From Romeriopsis navalis LEGE 11480 (lineage in GTDB: Bacteria; Cyanobacteriota; Cyanobacteriia; Leptolyngbyales; Leptolyngbyaceae): a stretch of 64,000 nucleotides of DNA. The stretch's first letter is position 1, and every line of letters starts with the position of its first letter. The position numbers and the translations under genes were made by a program. The DNA lies in the NCBI RefSeq assembly GCF_015207035.1, contig NZ_JADEXQ010000002.1, positions 56,274 through 120,273 on the forward strand. Direction: 5' to 3'. This document shows positions 29,875 through 37,805 of this stretch, piece by piece. The notes under the pieces were generated by a model. The model had not been told where the DNA came from. It ran no database searches and saw only the letters and a program-made list of their open reading frames with translations.

Positions 29875-30939
29875 CTAAGTACAGGACAAAAACTGTAGAA
29901 CGTCTGAGAAATCACGATTTGGTGTGTGGGTGAGATTGAGTAGCTGTTTACGGAGATAGTCGAAACCGATTCGAAAGAGGCTCTTGGCCTTACGTCCATG
30001 CTTTTTAAGCACAATCGGTATGAGTTGATTCTGCCATTGCCCTGTACGAAAGGCCCAACAGAGTGCAATGCTGAGCAAAGCGACCATGCGACTGAGCCGT
30101 TCCGGGTCTTGGAGATGTGTCGATTCGAGACAAAAGCCGCGGGTTTTGAAACAGCCGAATAGGGTTTCAATCCCCCACCTTTGGCCGTAATCCCGAATTG
30201 CCTGTTGGGGTTTGGCCTCGCTAACGACGACCAATAAATCGCCATCATCGAGTCGCAAAGCCGCGACATAGAGCCAATGCCCCCAGAGCCGACGTCGGTT
30301 TCTTAAGCGCATTTGTTGACCGGGTTGCAGATGGCTGAATAGAACTTCGACCTTCAGTTCGCGCCGCCCATCGTACAGTTTCTCACTATGGCGGATACGG
30401 ATGCGGAAGGGCAGATGCCGAGTATTGTGCAAGTAGTCAATCCAGAGCTGTCCGAGGAACTCCCGGTCGCCGGTGAGATAGGCCACTTCCACTGCCGGAA
30501 ACACCGTCAGAAAATCATCCAGCAGGTCAATTCGCTCGCCCTGATTGGAATTACCTTTTTTATCCAACATCAGCTACAGCAAGGGAAATGCCACGCCTTC
30601 ATGCACGACGCCCAACATCAAAATATTGAACACAGAGTCACCATACTGCCAGTTCGTCCGGTCGATGGACAGCACCCAAGGTTGCGGAATTTGCATCATC
30701 CCAGCCACCAGACGCGCGACTTCGTAGTAGTCCAATTCAAAGTGACGAAAGAACCGTTGCAGGCGCTTGTAACTCGAAGCCGACGAGGCTTGGCCGATAA
30801 AGCCCAAAGACAACTCGCTGAGATTCACCGTCTTGACTCGAAATAGCGCCACCAGAAACAAGGCCAGAAAGCCGATGCGAGCACCATGCCAGTTCAGATG
30901 GGGCTGCAATATTTGGCGAATTCGAGTAATCTGATCCAT
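29875..30939 (-). pseudogene. IS4-family DDE transposase interrupted by a single in-frame TAG
   Basis: ORFs 30574-30939 and 29875-30570 are in the same frame, separated only by a TAG at 30574-30576. The IS4 signature YGQRWGIETLF (Y-2-R-3-E) is present. Confidence 0.8.
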
Positions 30940-31019
30940 TGGAGGGGCTTCATTTGACTGTGGTAATTCTTATGAAAACCCCTCCTCCCAATATTTTCAA
31001 GCTTTTGTCCTGTACTTAG
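29875..31019 (-). mobile_element. IS4-family insertion sequence (1145 bp) with perfect 17-bp terminal inverted repeats and a 9-bp target-site duplication
   Basis: IR-L ctaagtacaggacaaaa (29875-29891). IR-R is its exact reverse complement (31003-31019). Flanking direct repeats ggagcgatg lie at 29866-29874 and 31020-31028. Confidence 0.85.
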
Positions 31020-31213
31020 GGAGCGATGGATTGACCGACAGTAATCGAGCTGTTGTGCCAACCTTTTGCCGCCCCACAGTTTTTACAAAACAAATCGACG
31101 CGGTGCAAGAATTGCTGGAATATTTGTCTGCTGGGAAAATATTCTGGCGCAAGTATGGCACTTGGGGCACTGCACCAGAATATGATCGAGAAACCGATAA
31201 ATTGACTCACCAT
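31020..31213 (-). pseudogene. 5' portion of the IS-disrupted small Cys-rich gene
   Basis: Starts 23 bp downstream of the SPFH gene stop. Its ORF is terminated by a stop codon provided by the IS terminal repeat. Confidence 0.55.
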
Positions 31214-31235
31214 GATGCTGAAAGCGAGTCATGAT

Positions 31236-32813
31236 TTACGGCTGTTTGATGTTGATTAACTCAGTGAGAATGCTATCGAGATTACCATTCACATTGATAT
31301 GCTCAATTTTCTCGGCAATCCGCTCTAGTATTTCGAGTTCCTTGAGGCGCAATGCCACGGGATTATCTTCCATGACCTTCGCGGTATTCAGCATGCTACG
31401 AGTGGCCGCAGTCTCCTCACGTCGCCGAACCACATTGGCTTGAGCGGCTTTCTCGGCTTCGACAACTTTGCTGAGAATCGTCTTGATCTCACCCGGGAGG
31501 ATAATATCCTTCACACCAACGGAATCAACCTCGATGCCGTAATCGGTGGTTTTGCTGCGAATGTGATCGGAAATCGTATTGTCGATCGCCCCCTTATCTT
31601 CGAGCAATGCATCCAGGGATTTGGTGCCGACCGCCGATCGCAGGGCAAATTGCAGCTCCTTGTAGAGAAACTCGCGAATGTCCGCTAGGGCGGCTTTGGC
31701 CTGGACCGGATTGGTCACGCGATAACCAGCAGTGAGATTCACCCGCAGCGGCACTTTATCCTTGGAGAGGATTTCCTGACCGGAAACTTCTAGAGTTTGC
31801 AGTCGCAGGTCGATCGATTCAGCCTTGAACGAATGACCAAAGGTCCACCAAGCATGGGTGCCAGCTGAAAGTGGCTCTTGCATGGTGCCATCGAGAATCA
31901 TTAGCCCCACATGTTGGGCGGGGACTTCCAGGACGTAGAGGGCTTTGTGACTCAGCATTGCGACTTCTGTAAGCCCTGTGACCAGCTCGGTGACTAAGTT
32001 GGCTGGCAGTTTATGCGCGGCTCCAATATTGACGATCGTAATGTCCACCGATCGCCAATATAACTGACGACTCGTCGGTGCTAAGACTTCGATCACTTTG
32101 CCTTGATAACGCACGATCGCCACTTCTTCAGCCGTCAAGCTGACAACGCTACAGTACTCGGCAACGAAATCGGGATGCTGATCGAGCAGCACTTCTGCTA
32201 GAGGGAAGCTGGGATTTGGGGTGAGCCGATCGAGCTTCTGCACGGCAACTTCTTGCTTATAGGTCCAAAAGGCATATTCGCCTGCGCCCAAGGGCTGCAC
32301 GAAGTTCTTTTGAATGTAAAGCAGGCCCACTTCTGATTCGGAAATATAGACCGGCCGAATGCCATGCAGTGACTTGCCACGCAAGCGTTCGACGAATGCC
32401 AACGGTAACGCTGCTGATTCGTCTAAGTTGAACTGATGGATTTCGACTTCAATGAAGCCGCGCCAGTAAGCTCGCAGTTGATTTGGACCAAGGCTCATCC
32501 AGGATTGGCCGAGGCGGACCAAAGCGGCTTCGTTATGTGCTGTTTGGACAATATGTAGATGCTGGTTCAGCGCCTGGCCGTGGGTTTGCAGCAACAGCTC
32601 CAGGTTGTCGATCGATGCTTCTGCTTCATTTAGGTCATGGGTTTCCACCCGCCAGCGGGTCATCCACGATCGGCGATACAAACCGGGTTGTAGTACGCCA
32701 CGGAAATGGCTACGCTTAAACAGTAGACCGCGCTCATTAGGCTTGATATAAAACGTTTTCCACATATCTCTATCACTTCTCTTCTCAAACGAAATTCTGG
32801 ATGGGCGATGCAA
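31236..32813 (-). CDS. SPFH/band-7 (stomatin/slipin-like) domain protein with an extended N-terminal region
   Basis: 525 aa. The C-terminal about 230 aa form an SPFH domain plus coiled coil. The N-terminal region contains three similar segments (GLLFKRSHFRGVLQPGLY / GLLYIQKNFVQPLGAGEYAFW / GLMILDGTMQEPLSAGTHAWW). Confidence 0.8.
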   Translation of the reverse strand: MHRPSRISFEKRSDRDMWKTFYIKPNERGLLFKRSHFRGVLQPGLYRRSWMTRWRVETHDLNEAEASIDNLELLLQTHGQALNQHLHIVQTAHNEAALVRLGQSWMSLGPNQLRAYWRGFIEVEIHQFNLDESAALPLAFVERLRGKSLHGIRPVYISESEVGLLYIQKNFVQPLGAGEYAFWTYKQEVAVQKLDRLTPNPSFPLAEVLLDQHPDFVAEYCSVVSLTAEEVAIVRYQGKVIEVLAPTSRQLYWRSVDITIVNIGAAHKLPANLVTELVTGLTEVAMLSHKALYVLEVPAQHVGLMILDGTMQEPLSAGTHAWWTFGHSFKAESIDLRLQTLEVSGQEILSKDKVPLRVNLTAGYRVTNPVQAKAALADIREFLYKELQFALRSAVGTKSLDALLEDKGAIDNTISDHIRSKTTDYGIEVDSVGVKDIILPGEIKTILSKVVEAEKAAQANVVRRREETAATRSMLNTAKVMEDNPVALRLKELEILERIAEKIEHINVNGNLDSILTELINIKQP

Positions 32814-33026
32814 CTAGCCCAACAGGTTCAAGTATTTTGATACCTCAAATACTCTGGCCACATATGCTGAAAGTGGCAATGCAAAATTCAAGTCCGCCTA
32901 TGGACATTACTCCTGGGTACACCTAGGGGGTCTGAGCATATGCAATTTTCAGTTTATACTACAAATAATACACGAGAAGCCTGAATCTTTCAAGTCTTGT
33001 TTCGCGCCCAGGTTTAGTGATGATTG

Positions 33027-33398
33027 TTAGGGTTTGAGGTCGGTGAGGAAGTCAGGGATATTCAGAATATGGAAATAAACTAGCGCTGAGACAACTACTG
33101 TGTAGAGTGTAGAGCTGCCAAACCCAATCCAGAGATCGCGGGTCGGATTGCGTTTCTCATCGGGTAAAAACATATCGACTGCGCCAAATTGCATCATCAC
33201 CATGCCGAGGACGTTGGACAGCCAGTAGCCGACGATCGTGCCCGGAATAAACCAACTGGTATTAATCCAGCTTGCGCCATAGCCAAAGACGAGGGCGATC
33301 GGTAGGTTGAAAAAGAGATCATTCCACCAGGATAGGGGTGACAGCATGTAGCCAATGCTCATTAGCGCACCACCGCGCAGGTTTTTGAGTAAGTTCAT
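33027..33398 (-). CDS. Small hypothetical membrane protein
   Basis: 123 aa, 3-4 predicted TM helices, no known motif. Confidence 0.45.
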   Translation of the reverse strand: MNLLKNLRGGALMSIGYMLSPLSWWNDLFFNLPIALVFGYGASWINTSWFIPGTIVGYWLSNVLGMVMMQFGAVDMFLPDEKRNPTRDLWIGFGSSTLYTVVVSALVYFHILNIPDFLTDLKP

Positions 33399-33845
33399 GC
33401 GGTCAAGCGCTTGAAGAATATTTCCTAGTGTAAACGCCGACGGAGTAATTCTGTCGTGGTTAAAATTGTGCTTCGGGCTTGATGTTGCAGGCTGAGTTGG
33501 TTTCTAGACGCAGCGGTTGCTTGGACAAGCCTTTAAAAAGTGGAACTCCGTAGCGCACGACATGCTTGAGCCAAAGTCCAGCGGACGATCGTGGTATTTA
33601 CCCTGGATTAAGCTAATTTTGTCAAACTTGAGTGGCCCGGAGGTGACTCAAATTCAATGTCAATCAGCAAATATGGTGTTCATGGTCGCTGGGGCAAATC
33701 CACGTTTTGACGCCGATTTGATGCAGCGATCGAAGACCATACTCAAGCGGTAAACCCGACGATGCGTGCGAGCTGACGAATGACCGCAATCAACCATTAC
33801 CGCAGTAATTAGCGATTGCATCATGTAGTACTCCACGGAGTCAAA

Positions 33846-33948
33846 AGGTGGATTCGAACCACAGGACTTGCGTCCTTTCCCAGGGTTTGCAGCTTAAAAG
33901 GCTGTTTCAGTTCCTAAAACTGATGTCCGATTAGCCTCGGACAGCGGC
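33846..33948 (-). pseudogene. Degenerate tRNA-like element (tRNA-Leu-UAG-like 5' half plus T-arm, no matching 3' acceptor strand)
   Basis: The minus-strand RNA begins GCCGCTG-T-CCGA(GGCTAA)TCGG-ACA-TCAGT(TTTAGGA)ACTGA. A 43-nt insert with a GGAC-GCAA-GTCC hairpin follows, then the T-arm TGTGG-TTCGAAT-CCACC. The 3' strand TTTTGAC cannot pair with the 5' acceptor. Confidence 0.3.
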
Positions 33949-34024
33949 TGGTGTAAAGTGCAGGAATCGAACCTACTACCGATCGTTTATGAGACGATTG
34001 CTCTACCGAGTGAGCTAACTTTAT
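33949..34024 (-). tRNA. tRNA with CAU anticodon (elongator Met or Ile2-type), A1-C72 mismatch, encoded CCA
   Basis: Folds as ATAAAGT-TA-GCTC(ACTCGGTA)GAGC-A-ATCGT(CTCATAA)ACGAT-CGGTA-GTAGG(TTCGATT)CCTGC-ACTTTAC-A-CCA. It directly abuts the neighbouring tRNAs with no spacer. Confidence 0.55.
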
Positions 34025-34097
34025 GGTGCTGAATATGGGACTCGAACCCATGACCACTGATCCTAAGTCAGTTGCTCTACCGCTGAGCTAATTCGGC
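34024..34097 (-). tRNA. Class-I (short variable arm) tRNA with UAG anticodon (nominally reads Leu CUA), C3-A70 mismatch
   Basis: Folds as GCCGAAT-TA-GCTC(AGCGGTA)GAGC-A-ACTGA(CTTAGGA)TCAGT-GGTC-ATGGG(TTCGAGT)CCCAT-ATTCAGC-A-CCA. The terminal A overlaps position 1 of the next tRNA. Confidence 0.45.
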
Positions 34098-34379
34098 TAA
34101 GAACAATTTATGTATGAGCTGTGGTATACGCTGCGCCAGAGGCGATCGCACCAGTCAGGCATACAGAACCCGAACCGCTACAGTCATACTACAAAGTAGT
34201 TCCTGCTCCGAAGCTAACACATCCGTCCCGCAACTGTCAGCCGTCGGCCAAAAATTGGTGATGTTTCCGAAATCACGATCGCCCAACCTGTAGTTTCACC
34301 AAATACCGTCAGGTGAACACCCGAATCGTTTCAGTGGGTATTCTACTGGCATGCACGTTTCATACCTGAGGAGACGATC

Positions 34380-35696
34380 GTGCTTCAGACATCCGAAGTT
34401 TTGCAGGGTCGCTATCGGTTGGTGCGACCGCTGGGCGAAAATGAACAGCGCCAAACTTGGTTGGCGATCGATGAGGCGGTCCAACCAGAATCCCAAGTGG
34501 TGGTTAAATTGCTCTCATTTGCAAATGCTGTAGATTGGCAGTTGCTCAAGTTGTTCGAGCGGGAAGCCAGCATTTTGCAGCAGCTCGATCACCCATGTAT
34601 TCCGGCCTATCGAGATTACTTTTCGATCGAGGACAGCCAGATGTGGTTTGGCTTAGTCGAGGCCTATATTCCAGGGAAAACTCTGAAGGAATTGCTGGAG
34701 TCGAGTCGGCGGTTTACAGAAGCAGAGATTCGCCGGATCGCCGTTGAAGTGCTAGAAATTCTGCAATATCTGCATCAGCTCAGTCCACCGATTTATCACC
34801 GAGATATTAAACCGAGTAATTTGATTTGGGGGGATGACGATCGGATTCACTTGGTTGATTTTGGGGGTGTGCAGGATAAAGCGCCCGCGCTTGGTTCGAC
34901 TTTTACGGTCGTGGGGACTTATGGGTATACGCCGATCGAGCAGTTTGGTGGTCGGACAATTCCGGCATCGGATCTCTATGCGCTAGGGGCAACTTTAGTC
35001 CATCTACTCACGGGTGTCTGTCCTGCCGATTTGCCCCAGAAGAACTTGCGCTTTGACTTTGAGCCGTTGGTGAATGTCAGTCCAGCTTTAGTCAAATGGT
35101 TGCAGAACTTGATTGAACCGGATGCGCAGAATCGATTTCAGCAGGCGGAAACCGCTTTGCAGTCGCTTGATCGTCAGAATCTAGCCGCGAGCCAAACCGC
35201 TGCATCAAATGTCGAAACGTCACTAGCGATGCCGCCGCTGGATACGAAGATTCGATTCAGGACCTCTTCAACGGAGTTGATCATCGAAATTCCCCCACCC
35301 GTTGAAGTATCGCAGCCTGTTGCCTGGGTTGGGGTTGGCGCGTTAGCGCTACTCTTCATCACGATGCCACCATTAGCGATCGTCGCGGGTGTGATTCTGG
35401 CAACTTCAATGTCGGCATCCAGTAATTGGGCTTTGCGTTGCTACGGAGAACGCTTAACGCTGTATCGTAAATGTCCTGGATTACCCCAAATTAGTTGGGG
35501 CCATCAAAGTTTGCCAATTCAGTCAATTCAAGATGTGGTGCATCATAACTTGATGTTCTCATCGGGCAAGTCGGATCGTCATAGTCGCGTCATGACAATT
35601 CGGACGGCGAGTCAAGAGTTGGTGTTTGGGCGATCGTTGACTTTAGCCGAAGGTAACTGGCTGGTGTCGGAGTTGAAAGCCTGGCTGAAACTGTAG
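34380..35696 (+). CDS. Serine/threonine protein kinase with a C-terminal membrane-anchored extension
   Basis: Hanks kinase motifs: VAIK-like VVVKLL, HRDIKPSNLIW, VDFGGV. TM helix near aa 320 (WVGVGALALLFITMPPLAIVAGVIL). Confidence 0.9.
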   Translation: MLQTSEVLQGRYRLVRPLGENEQRQTWLAIDEAVQPESQVVVKLLSFANAVDWQLLKLFEREASILQQLDHPCIPAYRDYFSIEDSQMWFGLVEAYIPGKTLKELLESSRRFTEAEIRRIAVEVLEILQYLHQLSPPIYHRDIKPSNLIWGDDDRIHLVDFGGVQDKAPALGSTFTVVGTYGYTPIEQFGGRTIPASDLYALGATLVHLLTGVCPADLPQKNLRFDFEPLVNVSPALVKWLQNLIEPDAQNRFQQAETALQSLDRQNLAASQTAASNVETSLAMPPLDTKIRFRTSSTELIIEIPPPVEVSQPVAWVGVGALALLFITMPPLAIVAGVILATSMSASSNWALRCYGERLTLYRKCPGLPQISWGHQSLPIQSIQDVVHHNLMFSSGKSDRHSRVMTIRTASQELVFGRSLTLAEGNWLVSELKAWLKL

Positions 35697-35802
35697 GATT
35701 GGTCCTGTTTGTCACCTGCGATAGCAAGGATTTCAGCGCCCTAAGCTGAAATTTATCTGGATAACTGAATGAAACCGCCTCGATCAATGCGATCGATGCG
35801 GT

Positions 35803-36475
35803 TTAAGTGTATTTAGCTTCAAGCCAATAAGCTAATGTGTCTGCGAACTTACTCATTGGGTTAGGGGGCATGCGGAGGTATGGTTTGACTTCCTGGATGC
35901 CCTTGGGAAAATTGACCTTGGCATCCTCAGTGTTGATCGACGGCATGACAACGCAGTCGCCGCCATCTTGCCAGTTGGCTGGCGTGGCGACGCTGTGATT
36001 ATCCGTGAGTTGCAATGAATCAGATCACCCGCAGCAGTTCATCGAAGTTGCGTCCAGTGCTGGCGGGATAGGTAAGGCTGAGGCGGAGTTTCTTGTTGCT
36101 GTCGAGAATGAATACCGATTCGGACGGTTAATGTACTACCCGTACTGGAATTGGGATGAATCATGTCGTAAAGTTCCGACACCTTTTTATCCTCATCAGC
36201 CAAGATGGGATAGTTGACGGAGCACTCCTGGGTTTCATTGATATTGACAATCCAGCCTTTGTGGGACTCGGCACGATCGACGCTGAGCATCATTACTTTG
36301 CAATGACGCTGTTCAAATTGGGGTTTGAGCTTGGCCACCATCCCCAATTCGGTTGTGCAAACGGGCGTATAATCCGCTGGGTGGGAGAATAGGACGACCC
36401 AGTTGTCACCGGCCCAGTCATAAAAACTGATTCTGCCTTCAGAATCGTCTTTTGGATGTTGAGGATGGAATGACT
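35803..36475 (-). pseudogene. 1-Cys peroxiredoxin (Prx6-like) pseudogene with at least two frameshifts and no start codon
   Basis: The N-terminal and middle parts (..DDSEGRISFYDWAGDNWVVLFSHPADYTPVCTTELGMVAKLKP..VSELYDMIHPNS..TLTVR) are in one frame. STGRNFDELLRVI is in a second frame. DSLQLTDNHSVATPANWQDGGDCVV..VKPYLRMPP is in a third frame. A 1-nt insertion is evident at RVI|DSL. No ATG precedes the conserved N-terminus. Confidence 0.8.
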
Positions 36476-36959
36476 CGATGCGACGGTGCGTCTTGACCGG
36501 CCCGAATCGGCTTCATGCAATATTTATTCCTGACAATCGTAAAAACAGGCGGCATAATAATCACGGCGTATCTTGTGATACCAAGGCGTTCGATCCATAT
36601 TCAAGACCAGAAGAGTTCGTTGATGGCCGCTGTATGAGTTGGATCAGCCAGGCTGAAATTTCTGTGGAATATGAATCTACTGGATGAATGCGCGTGTAAA
36701 TCAAGTATCAGATTGAGGGTTCTGTGGAGGGCAATTTTTTGGTTTTTCAGGGATGCCCAGGAAAAAATCGATCGGGCAAACTGCAAAAAACTGCGGAAAA
36801 TGCGGAGGCAAAGGTGCGGCTTATCTCTGTAAAGTCAAATTGGCTTCCGTTAAATCTCGGACAAATTCCCGATTTGCTGCTTCGACCTCTGAAAAATTGG
36901 GCAAGATATACGAGCAGAGTTGAAGTTCTAAGTGACGAATTAGGTATTTAAGGAATCTT

Positions 36960-37736
36960 ATGGAATCTACAGTTTTGGAATCAAAAGCCTTTCTCACCGT
37001 TGATGATGGTGAGTTATCCATTCGGGATTGCCTGCGGTATCTGCAAAGTGGGAATAAGCTGCAGCAGTTTATTGCCGATGTTTTGCGCCAGTATGTGCTG
37101 GAGCAGGAATTGACGACCCGTGAGGATTTGGAAATTGATGATGCAGCGGTCCAGCAGGCCGTAATTGATTTTCGTATCCAACAGGATTTAACGGATCCGC
37201 CAGCTTTTCAGGAATTCCTGAAGAAGAATGGCATGGATGCGATTGCCTTCCAAAAGCAGATTACTAATAACTTCAAGCTAGAAAAGCTCAAGGCCATCGT
37301 GAGTGGTGAGCGGCTACAAGAATATTTCATCGAGCGGAAAGTGTTCCTCGATCGAGTAATTCTGTCGCGGATCATTGTGGAGAGCCAGGATATGGCGGAA
37401 GAGCTGAAGGTTCAGGTGCAAGAGGGCGGTAGTTTTGAAGCCTTGGCACAAGAGCATTCGATTACTGACGATCGTATGGTCAATGGCATGATGGGCCCGG
37501 TCAGTCGGGGTACATTGCCGGACGAAATCCGCGCCAAGATTGACGCAGCGGAAGTTGGTGATATCGTGGGGCCCTTGGAGTTGGAAAATCGTTGGGGCCT
37601 ATTCCGCGTGGAGAAGCAACTGGATGCGACTCTGGATGATCAGCAGTTACAGCAGACCTTGAAGGGTGAGTTGTTTGAGCGTTGGTTGTCGGAGAAAATT
37701 CAGAAGATGAGTGTCCGTCTCCAAGTGCCTGAGTAA
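36960..37736 (+). CDS. PpiC/parvulin-type peptidyl-prolyl cis-trans isomerase with a SurA-like N-terminal region
   Basis: 258 aa. The C-terminal rotamase domain (SRIIVESQDMAEEL...GMMGPVSRGTLPDEI...VGDIVGP...WGLFRVE) matches parvulin. Confidence 0.8.
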   Translation: MESTVLESKAFLTVDDGELSIRDCLRYLQSGNKLQQFIADVLRQYVLEQELTTREDLEIDDAAVQQAVIDFRIQQDLTDPPAFQEFLKKNGMDAIAFQKQITNNFKLEKLKAIVSGERLQEYFIERKVFLDRVILSRIIVESQDMAEELKVQVQEGGSFEALAQEHSITDDRMVNGMMGPVSRGTLPDEIRAKIDAAEVGDIVGPLELENRWGLFRVEKQLDATLDDQQLQQTLKGELFERWLSEKIQKMSVRLQVPE

Positions 37737-37805
37737 AGCGGTGCGATGCCGCCCGCAAATTGTGGCCAAAGAATTTAGTGCGATGCCATTACGACTCAAT
37801 CATCT

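Noticed and set aside
29589-30269. 226-aa ORF overlapping the IS transposase in another frame
   Set aside because: Only its 3' 95 codons (29589-29873) are real coding sequence, the tail of the IS-disrupted host gene. The rest is an out-of-frame read-through into the IS.
33846-34097. Possibility that the UAG-anticodon tRNA or the CAU tRNA acts as a suppressor for the in-frame TAG in the IS transposase
   Set aside because: Reading a UAG codon needs a CUA anticodon. The anticodons present (UAG, CAU) cannot decode TAG.
36724-36951. 75-aa ORF upstream of the PPIase gene as a candidate exported precursor peptide
   Set aside because: It has no Nif11/NHLP-like leader and no double-glycine motif in a plausible position, and the sequence is low-complexity. 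It is kept only as a place to search, as noted in the findings.
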